Origin: Flectonema sp. DT1601
Lineage: Eukaryota
DNA: 64,000 nt
Direction of reading: 5' to 3'
Assembly: GCA_964019425.1 (NCBI GenBank)
Contig: OZ025795.1
Coordinates: 124,001 to 188,000 of the forward strand
Notes under the pieces: generated by a model
Database searches by the model: none
Told to the model about the DNA's origin: nothing
The model's input: the letters and a program-made list of their open reading frames with translations, nothing else
Program-made: the position numbers and the translations under genes
Shown here: positions 1-11,345 of the stretch, in pieces
How positions within the stretch are numbered: the stretch's first letter is position 1
Layout: each line of letters opens with the position of its first letter

Positions 1-378
1 TGGACGAGGCTTATCGATACTTCCATCAGCCAAGTATCCCAAGTAGCCGTAGTACTCTCTACAGACTTGAGGGTTTAGAGCTGGTAATACTTCGTGACAG
101 TTTTGTTTCCTAACCCAAACCATGTAGCCTAAGTCAACTAACTCTTGTACAACTGTGTGATTACTTCCGCCGATTACAATGAGTGATTGGTTTATAAACA
201 CTCCACCTTCCCTCCACATCCATTTACCCATTGTATTGCTGCCTTCCTTCATGACTCCATGATGCTTCGGTTTTTTAACTTCAACAGTAACAACTACTGG
301 AGGATTTTCCGGATAAGAGTTGGAAATTAAAACAACGGCGATGAGGCCAAAGATCAGTGCCAGTACCCTGTTTTGCAT
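1..378 (-). CDS. Partial (3' end off-window) type II membrane or secreted protein, weakly DUF3431-like
   Basis: Manual translation, absent from the ORF track: MQNRVLALIFGLIAVVLISNSYPENPP...CREYYGYLGYLADGSIDKPRP, open to position 1. N-terminal hydrophobic segment; preceded by a polypyrimidine tract and AG (393-394). The family guess is weak. Confidence 0.6.
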   Translation of the reverse strand, partial: MQNRVLALIFGLIAVVLISNSYPENPPVVVTVEVKKPKHHGVMKEGSNTMGKWMWREGGVFINQSLIVIGGSNHTVVQELVDLGYMVWVRKQNCHEVLPALNPQVCREYYGYLGYLADGSIDKPRP

Positions 379-632
379 TGTCTTGAGAATACCTGAAAGG
401 GGTGATTTTTTGACTAAAAAAATTAAAGAGAGAGAGAAAAAAAAAAAACTCATCATCGTTTTTTCTAGAATTTGGGGTATGGTTATATATAAATAGTACC
501 ACCACACGAGTGCGATAATTTAGTATCGAATTTTCATAAGTCAGAGAAACATGGACCTATACCACATGATATTATAAACGTTTTTGTTTTGTTTTGTTTT
601 GTTTTGTTTTAAAAATTTCCACTTTTTTTTGG

Positions 633-664
<32 letters not shown>

Positions 665-906
665 CGACTGGAGCAAAGAAAAGTCACAAGAAAATAAAAC
701 AAACTACAAACTTGGCAAGATTACTATTAACACCTCACTAGGCGATGGTTGATCCTTTTAAAAAGGAATTCATTATTGTTGATATGGAATACGCACACAT
801 GGGTTAGATAAAAATATAAAATAGTATAATAATAACTAAGCAATCACAAAGAACTGTTTCCAATGTATGTTGGGAAATGGTGATATTCTTTTATACTAAA
901 GAAGCT

Positions 907-1371
907 TTAGAAACCTTCAGGAAGATGACTTTCAGCATAATCAACAAACCTTGTGATAGGAGGATCGAGGATTAACGGAAGAAATGGAATAATTACGAGT
1001 CCAGAACAAGTCGGAGCAAAATTTTTAACTTGTGACGGTTTCCAAGAAGACAACAACTGACGAGTAAGAGCAACCTGCTTATTAACAAAAAAAGCAGGAA
1101 TGGTAACAGATGCCATAAGCTGCCACAGAGCTGCGATACCAAAAGCAGAGAATGCCTTTTTATCACTGAATCCTTTAGACTTTGCAACACGAGCCTTGTC
1201 AATAGCATCTCCACCTGCATAACCGATTGCTACAGCGTACGTACCAAAGACAACACTTTTTGGAATTAACGGTCTGAAAGCTTCTCCCAACTCATTTGCA
1301 TATCCTGCGTACCTCACGTTGCTGTCTCTCCACCAGTCAAATTGCTCAGTCATCTTATGGTTGTGTGTCAT
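907..1371 (-). CDS. MTFP1: Mitochondrial fission process protein 1 (MTP18 family)
   Basis: WWRDSNVRYAGYANELGEAFRPLIP, WQLMASVTIPAFFVN and GLVIIPFLPLILDPPI match MTP18 motifs. Confidence 0.9.
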   Translation of the reverse strand: MTHNHKMTEQFDWWRDSNVRYAGYANELGEAFRPLIPKSVVFGTYAVAIGYAGGDAIDKARVAKSKGFSDKKAFSAFGIAALWQLMASVTIPAFFVNKQVALTRQLLSSWKPSQVKNFAPTCSGLVIIPFLPLILDPPITRFVDYAESHLPEGF

Positions 1372-1743
1372 TTAGATAAATCTGTGATGAGAAAAATGGT
1401 AAAATTTAAAAGACAATTTCAGTGAGGGTAAAACATTGCAAAAAAAAAAAAAAAAACATCAGTATACTTTTGTAGTTTTTTTTTTCTGTTTAAAAAAAAA
1501 ATTTTAATGAAATATTCTTACAATCAAAAAAAAAAAAAATAATAATTACCACGAACACTAATACAGATGTATGCGCAAATGCTATATTTTTCTTGATAAA
1601 TCTGTTTCTCGCTGGGGGTAACTTGATACTGGGGGGGGGTACTACGTAAGACTGAAAGATATTTCATCTCAACCATGATATTTGTTAGTAGTGCAACATC
1701 CTCATAGGGTGCAACTTATAAAAAAAATGAAATTTCAAAGCAG

Positions 1744-3075
1744 CTAATCGTCCTTTTTCGTTCTCTTGCTGTCTTGGCGATCAGTTGTTTCGAGGGCTCT
1801 CTTTTCTTGTTCTTTTTCTTTTTCTAATTGTCTTTCAAAGAAGGAATCGAATTTCATATTCTTTAGTATACTCCAATATGATCTCGGGTGATCACTTTCA
1901 ACAATCGTTCCTGAGAGAATGAATCCTCCAGTCCCAGACATTGCAACAAAAGGATGAGTTCTGTTTTCAAGTACCTGATGCTCTCGCCACCAAGTCTCAG
2001 TTAGCTTAACATTAACAGCAATCCATTTACTACGAAGTGTTGAAGACAATGATACGAGAGGTTCGATGTATCTGCTGTAAACAGCAAACGTACAAGATCC
2101 ACCCATCAATGGAAGTAATTCAAAGAAAGCCTCCTCAGGGTCATGTGTTGAAGTTATAACAACAGACTGCACTCCATTCATTTGTTGAATTTCATAAGCT
2201 GCTGAAGTGAGTCCCATCAGACTACGGTAGTCTCGTCTTCTTAAATTCTTTGATGATAATTTCGTACATTCATCATTGTTAGGAAGGTCTGCAATATCTC
2301 TATCAAGATCAACGTTCACCATTGAAGTTTCAGCCCAGTTATTAATTCCAAGGTATTCACAGTTCATCATTGTTGGTGCTCCCTTACCTTGTGTTCCAAC
2401 GATGCTAAATAGATTACCCTGTCCACCCATTCTTTGTACACAAGCTGATGTTACTAATCCAGCACTGGAGTCTAATACAACTGTTGAAGAACCGGCATGA
2501 ATGTTTGCGAATGTTAACATCTCACCGATGGTGTCAACTCTGATGTGCATAATCTTGTCTGGTTTCTTCATCAAAGCCATCTCAATCAGTCTCGCAATTG
2601 TTGGTTTGAAGACCCTCATTTGAAAAACGTACTTCTTTTGCTTCTTTTTAATGTACTTTTCTTGACTAAATTTTGTTTTTGACATAAATGTTTTTGAACT
2701 CGTCATCAGTTCTTTGATTGCTTCATTTCCAGATCCACTCTTCTTCATTTCGAGTAATTTTTCAGGATCTGCCATCTGAGCTTTGTTGTCGTCAATAAGC
2801 TGCCTATTGTCTTGTCCTCCTCCTTTTCCTTCTTCTACTAGTCTAGCCATCTCAGCAATTGATTCGCTTACTTGCCCAAGAACGAGTTTTTTCGTTGAAC
2901 TGTCGTATTCGATTCTTTGATTCCACTTGAGTCCAATGAGGTCACCAAGATCTACTACAGGAACACCTTTAACATGTTTGAATTGCTCTCCTTTTGTTAT
3001 TCGTATCATGTATCTTTTATCGTCTGCTAGAACTGCGACTCCCCAGTCTCCACTTTGCATGATTGAGTCGCTCAT
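1744..3075 (-). CDS. TRM6: tRNA m1A58 methyltransferase non-catalytic subunit (Gcd10/TRM6)
   Basis: DNRQLIDD..Q, SKTFMSKTKFSQEKYIKKKQKKY, ETWWREHQVLENRTHP and SGTGGFILSG motifs. First ATG at 3075. Confidence 0.9.
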   Translation of the reverse strand: MSDSIMQSGDWGVAVLADDKRYMIRITKGEQFKHVKGVPVVDLGDLIGLKWNQRIEYDSSTKKLVLGQVSESIAEMARLVEEGKGGGQDNRQLIDDNKAQMADPEKLLEMKKSGSGNEAIKELMTSSKTFMSKTKFSQEKYIKKKQKKYVFQMRVFKPTIARLIEMALMKKPDKIMHIRVDTIGEMLTFANIHAGSSTVVLDSSAGLVTSACVQRMGGQGNLFSIVGTQGKGAPTMMNCEYLGINNWAETSMVNVDLDRDIADLPNNDECTKLSSKNLRRRDYRSLMGLTSAAYEIQQMNGVQSVVITSTHDPEEAFFELLPLMGGSCTFAVYSRYIEPLVSLSSTLRSKWIAVNVKLTETWWREHQVLENRTHPFVAMSGTGGFILSGTIVESDHPRSYWSILKNMKFDSFFERQLEKEKEQEKRALETTDRQDSKRTKKDD

Positions 3076-3402
3076 ATTATTTTTGCTTATTTTCACTCAC
3101 TAGTAAGAAAAGAGAATAACCAAAAAAACGAAAAATTTATATTAAAAAAAAAAAAACCAACGCTTACCAGTGTGGCTTTTGCTAAAATTCCTTTTTTTTT
3201 TTTTTTTTTTTTTGGAAAAACATTATTTTCACCATTTCGGAATAAAAAACAATAATACTTTCGAACGAATAAAAAGAATAGTTTTGAGCCTTAACTTTTT
3301 TTTTTTTTTTTTTTCCTTCTAGCAGAGCAAAGCTGAATAAAGTAAACCAGCAGTAGGATAGGGAAGTGTTAATCATGCAAGTTCGTGCCACTCTTTCCAC
3401 CA

Positions 3403-5139
3403 TTAGAATTTCCAGACAGTCGTATTTCCAATTATTCCATTAAATATCGCAGTATTGTTAACAGGAACTCGTTGTTTTGTTACTAATTTAATAACTTCCT
3501 GAGAAGCAATTCCTCCCAAAACAGAAGCAACAGTATGAATCTCAGATCCACCAGCTCGACACCATTCCTGAATGTACTCATCAGGTAGTGATGACGTAGA
3601 ACATCCAACAGATGACAATAAAGAGCTGACGACTTCCTTTAAATTCGAACAGTCTTCTTCTTCTGTTGGATTCCTGTTGATGTTTTTTGCTTAGGAATAC
3701 CACTCACGAATTCTACAACAGAAGTAATAATAATAAACACACCTTCCATATTTAGATAAGAACATATCACCAGCTCTGTACAAAACATACCACCAGACAT
3801 CAGATGGATCCTCAGTCATATGTTCAGCTGTGGTATTGTTTTTGAGGGTTGGTTTTGTGTGTATAAAAAAATATCAAAAAAGATAAAAAATGAACAAACC
3901 AATAGAAGTAAGGTGTACCAGCTCATCACTAATAGAACCGTGTCTGACAACACGTAAGTTTCGAGCATTTTTACAAAATTTGCCAACGAGTTCGGGTGTT
4001 AAAGATGCGCTACATGAACGAATTTCAGAAAGTCGGGTTGCAGCTTGTGTAATCCATGCTACATGTCGTTTATGATACGATGCTAGGACGTCACGAAGTC
4101 GAGTGAAGTTACACGTCGTTGATGTCATATCTGGTATTGATCCACAGTGAGGAAGTATTTTAAATTCTTCATAAAACTCTTTCAATGCCGCCACCAAAAC
4201 CCAAAACACATCTGATGAAGAATTCACTTGCTCATCTTCAAACAGTTTTTCAATAGCATCTCCAATAGGATGCGGAAGATATTTATTCAAATTATCCTGA
4301 GCTTCTGTAAAGTTTTCCTCTGACTTAGTTGGAGTCAGTTGCATTGATTGAATAATGGTTTTAATCTCACGACGTTGTTTGTATTCTTTTGGTAACATTG
4401 TAGTATCAGACTGTTGAGATTGCCATGTTTTTGTTGCATGATAAGCAATAACTGGCCAAGGAACATGAGAATGTTCCATTCCATCAGTTATTTCTGATAT
4501 ATTAAAAGATTCAAAGTAATCTTTAAGTTCAGTAAATGGATTCGTCACACACAAATCATGTAATTCCGCATCAGGAAACCCTTCAACGACAGTATGACCA
4601 TCTGAACTACCACATTGAAGTCTAATAAAACCAATCATTCCATTACTCATTAGCTTGACTAAGTGAGAGTTTGATTGCCTGCATTGGTTGCTTATCTTTT
4701 GAAGAGACTCGCTAGAGAAATCTTCAGCGATAATCAAACAATCAATTGTTGTTAAGAAAGAAGGATCTTCAGATAACACATCAGATAAGCTTTTACTAAT
4801 CGAGTGAGTTGAAACATTTGATGAGTTCAATTCAGATAACAGTTCGCGACATGCTTCTGCTCTGGAAGATCCAACGCTGTCTTTTGTGACGAAGAAATTT
4901 CTTCCCAAATCTCGTTCGGTTACCTCTGCTGGGTCTACGATCGTTACTTTTCCAACTCCGGGTAATATTAAATTCTTTAATGTCTCACAACCTGTTCCAG
5001 TGGCTCCAACAAGACAGACGTGAGCATCCTCAAGTGCTTTCTGTCCTTCAGAACCCCACAACCTGACGCCTCTGTCATATCGGGTTTCCTTCTCTGAGGG
5101 TTTTTCTATTTTGGCTTTCTTAACTTGCGCAGTCGTCAT
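3403..5139 (-). CDS. NAE1: NEDD8-activating enzyme E1 regulatory subunit (APPBP1/Ula1); 3 exons: 5139-3900, 3827-3743, 3673-3403
   Basis: RYDRGVRLWG, GCETLKNLILPGVG, HSHVPW, GSIPDMTS and EIHTVASVLGGIASQEVIKLVTKQ motifs. GT-AG introns 3899-3828 (72 nt) and 3742-3674 (69 nt) join the two ORFs in frame through WWYVLYRAGDMF..YGR. Confidence 0.9.
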
Positions 5140-5301
5140 ATTTTATTTTATTTTGCCTGAATGAGTAATAAGAAGTTCCGATTTTTATAAAAATCGACAA
5201 AAAGAAAATTAATTTGCATGAAACGGCAAATTCCAATGTTGTCTTTGGTTAGGAGACTACTCGACTTACAAATTCTCAGGTCAGGATTCTGTTGAAGATC
5301 A

Positions 5302-6342
5302 TTACTCAGGTTTTTGTCTTTTAATAGTTTGTTCCTCTTCAGCTTCAGAGCTCTCTTCTTCTTCTTCGTCTTCTTCAGTTTCTTCTTCCTCGTCGCTGCT
5401 TTCGTTGTCGTTGATGGATTCTGTTATGGTAGCGATAGCATTCTCACTGTTCTCAATCTCAAAAACCTTTTCAATAGTCTCCGACGGTTGTCCACCCTCG
5501 TTAGATACCATGCGAAGGGTCGCTTTTCGTTTCTTACCAGCGCGGAATGTAAAAATAGACTCACCAGGAAGTTGTGACGCTGCTGTAAGGCATCCCTTTG
5601 TTTTGAAATCAGCGGTGACTGCACTGCCATTATGAACTTTGTGATTGTCACTAAAGAACGGATCAGCAGTAATAGGTTCGTGATTAAGCCAAATATTAAT
5701 AAGTAAAGTTACTCTGTGAGACTGTTCTGATGCAGGCTTACCACCTGATACAGCTCCGTGAAGGTATCGACCATCAAATGCGAAGTGACGAGTAGGTTTT
5801 GGGAAGCAGCACCAGGCCTTTGTAGGATTAGAAGTTATCGGTTCAATTGTTGAAAAAGGAGCCACAGAATTGAGAGCAGCTGTACCACATCCGACGTCAG
5901 TAAAATATGTGACCGTACCAATCTGAGGATAAACATTTATATTCATTTCTGATTCTAAATAATAATCTTTATCCCAATGCCATCCTACTTGTGAATCACC
6001 ATCTAGACTTAGCGCCCACCATTCAGCACCAGATGTAGATTTGTCAAATATTGCTGAGCTGCTGTGAAACTCAAATACCTGTTTGACGTATTCTTCTAAT
6101 TTGCTTTTTGGTTCTGCAGTTGCACCCAACCAGTAGGTTGATCCTCGGCTGTATTGTTGCTTTCCTGTTGTTCTTTTGACTACGGCTGATTTACATTCTT
6201 CTTTCAGTTGTTGAAGTACTTCCTCGTTGATGACATTTTCCCAAACTGATGCTCCATTTTCTATGGTGGGAAGTGTTCCTTTAAACTTGACGCGACCTTC
6301 TTCATCAACTTCGAGCTGGCGCTCTGGTTCTCCTTCACTCAT
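5302..6342 (-). CDS. Hypothetical protein, probable 2OG-Fe(II) oxygenase-like fold with acidic tail
   Basis: 346-aa ORF with HWDKD (HxD), TVTY, FDGRYLHG and RVTLLINIW, consistent with HxD...H...R ligands. Confidence 0.65.
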   Translation of the reverse strand: MSEGEPERQLEVDEEGRVKFKGTLPTIENGASVWENVINEEVLQQLKEECKSAVVKRTTGKQQYSRGSTYWLGATAEPKSKLEEYVKQVFEFHSSSAIFDKSTSGAEWWALSLDGDSQVGWHWDKDYYLESEMNINVYPQIGTVTYFTDVGCGTAALNSVAPFSTIEPITSNPTKAWCCFPKPTRHFAFDGRYLHGAVSGGKPASEQSHRVTLLINIWLNHEPITADPFFSDNHKVHNGSAVTADFKTKGCLTAASQLPGESIFTFRAGKKRKATLRMVSNEGGQPSETIEKVFEIENSENAIATITESINDNESSDEEEETEEDEEEEESSEAEEEQTIKRQKPE

Positions 6343-6568
6343 ATTGACAAATCTGTGGGAGTGAATTAATGATTTTGAAATTGAAAATTAAAATACCAAA
6401 ACAATACTCGTATTTTCCATGCATAATAATAATTATTTCTTTTTTTAATCTAATTTTAAAAACGAATGAACTCGCACGACGACAATCAGCTCGCGCTTCG
6501 GTTGTACTGAAATGTTGCGCCATAAACGGGAAGAGCATTAATTTTCTATTAAAAAATAAAAATTTAAC

Positions 6569-6599
<31 letters not shown>

Positions 6600-6921
6600 T
6601 TTCATTGGTTTCCTGTAAATTGGTTGAGCAATAAACATTGCAATGTACTGCGTAAAGCAGAGTACTTCGAAGGGCTTTTGCCAAAGCCGTAAAAGCTAGT
6701 GTGACAATCAAGACTAGTTCACTATAAGCAAAGGAAAGCAATGACGATAGAACAAGTATTTTAATTATATGAAGGTTATAGTTAGGCAAGCAAGTTAATA
6801 AAAAGTCTATCAGAACTTGAAATATACAAAAGGGCGAAGGGAATAGGAAGAGGACCCTTAGTGTCTTATGTAAACTTGAAAGTGGGTGGCACTCCCTGAG
6901 AGTCGTGGTTGCCTAACAATT

Positions 6922-8265
6922 CTATTTTTTAAACCACCCAGAAACCCATCCAACGAGTCCAGGTGATGGCACTTCCGGTTTTAATGTCTCCGTAGATAGA
7001 TTTACTGAGTCACTTGATTTACTTTGACGAGATCTTTGCAGAGCTAATAATTGATCTCTGGCCCTCTCAATTGTTAATCTCTTATTACTGAGAGTGCTAA
7101 TCAAGTGAACTATCTTCTTATCTTCAGAATCGAGACGGGACAACACATTATCAACTTCTGACTGGGAGAGAGGATTCGTTGTGCTGGCAATGCGAAGTCT
7201 GATGGAGTTGATTTCTTCTGTTGAAAGAGAAGCGTTGTTTTCTACCAAGGCATCAATCTCAGATTTAATATTCCTGACAGGAACTCTTTTAGTATGTGGG
7301 ATTCTCATCACACTATCTTGGGGAGGTGGGACAGCAGCTACTCTTTCAGGTTCGAGTGGTGATGGAGGTGGGACAGCAGCTACTCTTTCAGCGAGTGGTG
7401 ATGGAGGTGCTGGGGTTTCAAATAACGTTGACGACCTCTTTGATTGTCCTTGAATGTCAACCAGCTGTTCAGACGTTGGAGACATATCGAGAATAGGAGT
7501 AGCAAAGCTAACTCTTCCTGTATCTTCACTACAGCTGATCTCGTTAGCTTCTCGCTCAATAGCTTCGACTGCTTCCACTAGCTTCTTCGTCTCTTCTGTA
7601 ACTTCATTTTCTTTCCTCTGCGCTGAAGTCAAACAGACTTCCACACTCGGAGACGCATTGGGCGATGAGATCGGTCTCTTAAACTTCAGTCTCTCTTTCT
7701 CTTTTATTGGTTTTATGTCTGGTTTTATGTCTTCAGGGTTTTGCGGAGATGTCTCAGCTGCGAGTGTCTCTGATGCCGGGAGACTTTTTAAAGAGGTTTC
7801 CCATTCTTCTTTGTATTGTTCGAATTCTTTGACTTGTTCAGAGTTTAATCTTACCTCAATTAATCCAACTTGTACACTTAACCATTCAGATAACTTGGCT
7901 CGTTTATCCAACTCTATAGAAGAATCCGAGTGCCAATCCTTCTCCATATCCTCTCCCTTCAGACGCTTTATGTCGTTTTCAAGAATTGCGAGCTTCCTAG
8001 CAGTGTTGCCTTCTTTAATTTCGAATTCATTCTCCTTAGCTCGTGGTGAAAGAGCTGCAACAGCTTTTGGAATCATCATTTGAGCTTTTCTCTTCTGTTC
8101 TTGTTTCTTTCTCATTCTCGCTTCTGCAAACTTCGCTCTCAAACGACTACCACCTTCCTGATCAACAATCATGGATGTTGAATTGTTGTCGTGGTGTTCT
8201 AAGATTTCTCTTTTTCTTCGCTTTAGCAAATTTGGCTGTTCATCCTCATCTCGTTTTGTTGACAT
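6922..8265 (-). CDS. Hypothetical coiled-coil, proline-rich protein
   Basis: 447-aa ORF with charged helical segments and an internal duplication (ERVAAVPPP twice). No family recognised. Confidence 0.7.
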   Translation of the reverse strand: MSTKRDEDEQPNLLKRRKREILEHHDNNSTSMIVDQEGGSRLRAKFAEARMRKKQEQKRKAQMMIPKAVAALSPRAKENEFEIKEGNTARKLAILENDIKRLKGEDMEKDWHSDSSIELDKRAKLSEWLSVQVGLIEVRLNSEQVKEFEQYKEEWETSLKSLPASETLAAETSPQNPEDIKPDIKPIKEKERLKFKRPISSPNASPSVEVCLTSAQRKENEVTEETKKLVEAVEAIEREANEISCSEDTGRVSFATPILDMSPTSEQLVDIQGQSKRSSTLFETPAPPSPLAERVAAVPPPSPLEPERVAAVPPPQDSVMRIPHTKRVPVRNIKSEIDALVENNASLSTEEINSIRLRIASTTNPLSQSEVDNVLSRLDSEDKKIVHLISTLSNKRLTIERARDQLLALQRSRQSKSSDSVNLSTETLKPEVPSPGLVGWVSGWFKK

Positions 8266-9105
8266 TTTTATGAATTGTCTCTGATGAAGTGTTTCAATAA
8301 ATACCCATCATAAGAGATTGCTTTTCGGACAGCCTAAAGTTAATTCATGATATTAAAGAGTTACCTGTTTGATTGAATAATAGAAAGGAAAGAAGAAAAT
8401 TGCAACGTTCACAAAAACAAACAATCTCGTCCGGGTAACCAACAGAGATGTGTGATGAGCAAGGAGGGTACGGTGGAGAGGAAGTTATCAGAAACAAAAA
8501 CATGACAATGGGAGGGATAATGGGTACTTTGATAAATAGGGCGGTTGATTCGGAAGGACGTAAAAAATTTCTTTTTTTCTTTTTTTTTTTTTTTTTTTTC
8601 TTCTGCTCTTCGTACACATATGCTCAATAAGTAACCAACAAACAAGGTCACTCATTCTCACATGCCGAAAGAGTTTATTTTATTTGCTTTCTTTTTTCTT
8701 TTCTGATATGACAAAACAACTAATGTTCTTTCCTTGTTGTATTTTTTTTTTTTTTTTTTTAAATTTTTTTTTTGTATTTCTGTTGGGAAACATGGCAGAT
8801 TATTGAAATAATATGGTCGAGTATGACTCTTGAAAAACAAAAGATTTCCAACTTTTAAAAAGTAGAAACTTAGGATTCTTCGCCCTTCGAAAGTCATTAA
8901 GGAGACTGCTGCGACTAATTGTTTTTTTCTTTTTTTTTTTTCCTCTTGTTTCTTTCTATGCGATGAATTGATTATTTATTTCAAAAGAGTTTACAGAACG
9001 ACTGATGACTCCTTGGGGAATGCTGTGGCTGAAAAAGCTCAGAAGGACCTCGCGGAGTTGTATAATTATATAAACAGAAGAACTTGTGGGGCAAAGTGAA
9101 GGTGT

Positions 9106-11184
9106 TTACCAACGCTTGCCACCCTTCTTACCTCCCTTTCCACCTCTTTTGCCTCCACCCTTTCCCTTTCCCTTTCCACCCTTTGAAGATCTCTCTTCTC
9201 TTTCAAGGAGCTCTGGGAGCTTGTCTGGGCAAGACAACCAGTCAAAGTCGAGAGCCTTCTTCAAGTGTACTTCAGCGTCAGCACGGACATCGAAGACGGC
9301 ACCCCATCTGTCAGCAGTGACCTGCATAGACATGACTCCCATCTTGTCCTTCTCGGTGTACTCCTCAGGAAGCACCTTGTTAAGAGCTCCCCAGACGTAT
9401 CCGAGTGCCCAAATCTCGCTGTTCTTTGAGTGAAACATGTAAGTAGTGTATCCAGTGGCTCCTGTCAACAAAGATCTTGATGGAGGGGCTTCAGTGTTGC
9501 TGGTGGCTAAGGCCAGAGCTGCTGCTACAGCTTTCTTCTCGTCACCAACCTTTTCAATCAAGTTTTCAGCTGCTTTCTCAAAGTTGTCCAAGACTTCTTG
9601 TGGAATACGTGCGGCATCATCGATAGCAGTGGCGGCTGCGACGTGCATAACCTGAGCAGGCTGTGGAGCGTCAAGCCATTCAAATGTGTTTCCAGTCTTC
9701 CTTTCGATCTGCTGCAGGGTACGCTTTTGCTTTGCGGAGTAAAGGGTTACACAAACTCCCTTGCGACCCGCACGACCAGTTCTTCCGGAACGGTGAACGT
9801 ATGTCTCTACTTCAGGGTATCCTGAACGGGACTCTGGAGGGCAAGCATTTAAAACTAAATCAACAGTCATGTCTAATCCTCTAGCAGCAACATCTGTTGC
9901 AACAAGGAGTCTGAACTTACCCTTTCTGAATGCATCTAAAGTTGACTCTCTAAGGTTTTGAGGGATATCTCCGTGAAGTGCCTTGGCTTCGTATTTGATG
10001 CTTTCATCCGAGCACAGGTCGTTACATTCTGCCTTGGTGCTGCAGAAGCAAAGAGCACGTCCACTGGTACCAGCGTACATAGCAATTACGTCACTGATGG
10101 TATTGCTCTTTGAAGTCCAGTGAGAAGCGATAGCAACGTGTCTAACATCAAGTGATGCCATCACACCTTTATCATCTCCTGCCATGTCAATAAGTTGATG
10201 ATCAACCATATGCTTATCAGCTACACCTGTAACCCATTCAGGGACAGTGGCTGAGAATAGACACTTTTGATGCTTCTTGGTCGCCTTTTCAAGAATTCTG
10301 TCAACGTCTTCCTGGAAACCCATTTCAAGCATCTTATCAGCTTCATCAAGTACAACGTGTTCAATTCTTGAAAGGTCCAATGTACCTCTCTCTAAATGGT
10401 CAAGAATTCTACCTGGTGTTCCGACTAAGATATCAACACCTGATGCTAAAGCTTGACATTGTTTACCCATTGGTGCTCCTCCATAAACGTTCAATACTAC
10501 GAACGATGGCGCAACGGATTCAAATTCCTTTCCTACCTGCTGAGCTAATTCTCTGGTAGGCGCCAATACGATTACACCAGGAGCGCGGCCTCTTCTCATG
10601 CTGTCACGTCTGTTTTCAGATCTCTTGTTTAATAAAGTTTGAATAATTGGAAGAGCAAAGGCCAGAGTCTTTCCGCATCCGGTACGAGCCTTTCCGATGA
10701 TGTCTTTTCCTTCAGCGATGAGTTTGTAAGTAGCACCCTGAATTGGGAATAACTTAGTGATACCTTTTTGCTTTAAAGCATTCTTCGTCTCTTCAGCAAT
10801 GTCAAAGTTGTTAACGTGAAGTGGATCTTCCTCCTCGTTCTTGCCGCTGGACTTGGAGGCATCTTCGCTTCCGGAACTGCTGCTGCTGTCGGATTCGCTT
10901 TCCTGCTTCTTTGATCTCTTAGGAGCTGCCTTTGGACTCTTCTTTGGTGATTTCTTAGCTGCGGCCTTTGGAGACTTCTTTGGCGACTTCTTAACAGCGC
11001 TCTTTGGTGATCTTTTTGGGCTCTTCTTGGCCCTCTTTACTGGACTGCTGCTGCTGCTGCTACTGTCGTCACTGCTGCTGTCCGAGCTAGTTGCATCTCT
11101 CTTCTTCTTGTCCGCCACTCTCTCGTCTTCTTCCTTCTTCAACTGTGCCTTCGTTTTCTTGGATGATGCTTTCTTTCCTGGCAT
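9106..11184 (-). CDS. DDX21: DEAD-box nucleolar RNA helicase, DDX21/DDX50/RH7 type, with GUCT-like C-terminal domain
   Basis: LFPIQ, ARTGCGKT, PTRELA, DEAD, SAT and HRSGRTGRAG motifs; KKSP-repeat N-terminus; RSLL..GYTT and AVFDV GUCT-like region; G/K-rich tail. Confidence 0.9.
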   Translation of the reverse strand: MPGKKASSKKTKAQLKKEEDERVADKKKRDATSSDSSSDDSSSSSSSPVKRAKKSPKRSPKSAVKKSPKKSPKAAAKKSPKKSPKAAPKRSKKQESESDSSSSSGSEDASKSSGKNEEEDPLHVNNFDIAEETKNALKQKGITKLFPIQGATYKLIAEGKDIIGKARTGCGKTLAFALPIIQTLLNKRSENRRDSMRRGRAPGVIVLAPTRELAQQVGKEFESVAPSFVVLNVYGGAPMGKQCQALASGVDILVGTPGRILDHLERGTLDLSRIEHVVLDEADKMLEMGFQEDVDRILEKATKKHQKCLFSATVPEWVTGVADKHMVDHQLIDMAGDDKGVMASLDVRHVAIASHWTSKSNTISDVIAMYAGTSGRALCFCSTKAECNDLCSDESIKYEAKALHGDIPQNLRESTLDAFRKGKFRLLVATDVAARGLDMTVDLVLNACPPESRSGYPEVETYVHRSGRTGRAGRKGVCVTLYSAKQKRTLQQIERKTGNTFEWLDAPQPAQVMHVAAATAIDDAARIPQEVLDNFEKAAENLIEKVGDEKKAVAAALALATSNTEAPPSRSLLTGATGYTTYMFHSKNSEIWALGYVWGALNKVLPEEYTEKDKMGVMSMQVTADRWGAVFDVRADAEVHLKKALDFDWLSCPDKLPELLEREERSSKGGKGKGKGGGKRGGKGGKKGGKRW

Positions 11185-11247
11185 TGTGAGGTGAGTTACC
11201 TTGTTTGTAAAAATAAGTTAAAATGAGAAATAGTATAACACAGGCTC

Positions 11248-11345
11248 AACTTCAGTGTGCTTTTTGAAACTTCAACTTGCCTGTTCCATATAATGCTGTG
11301 GGAAAAACGTAACTGAAGCTGTACATCAATACACTCATCGCAATG
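11248..11345 (-). ncRNA. Candidate C/D-box snoRNA in a putative 5'-UTR intron of DDX21
   Basis: D box CUGA (11252-11255) next to a 10-nt antisense to the conserved LSU motif UGCUUUUUGA; C-like box GCGAUGA near 11335-11341. Possible GTAAGT donor at 11408 and AG at about 11200. Confidence 0.4.

Noticed and set aside
7454..8083. 209-aa plus-strand ORF and similar antisense ORFs across the window
   Set aside because: These are shadows of minus-strand genes, with Ser/Phe-rich composition and no motifs.
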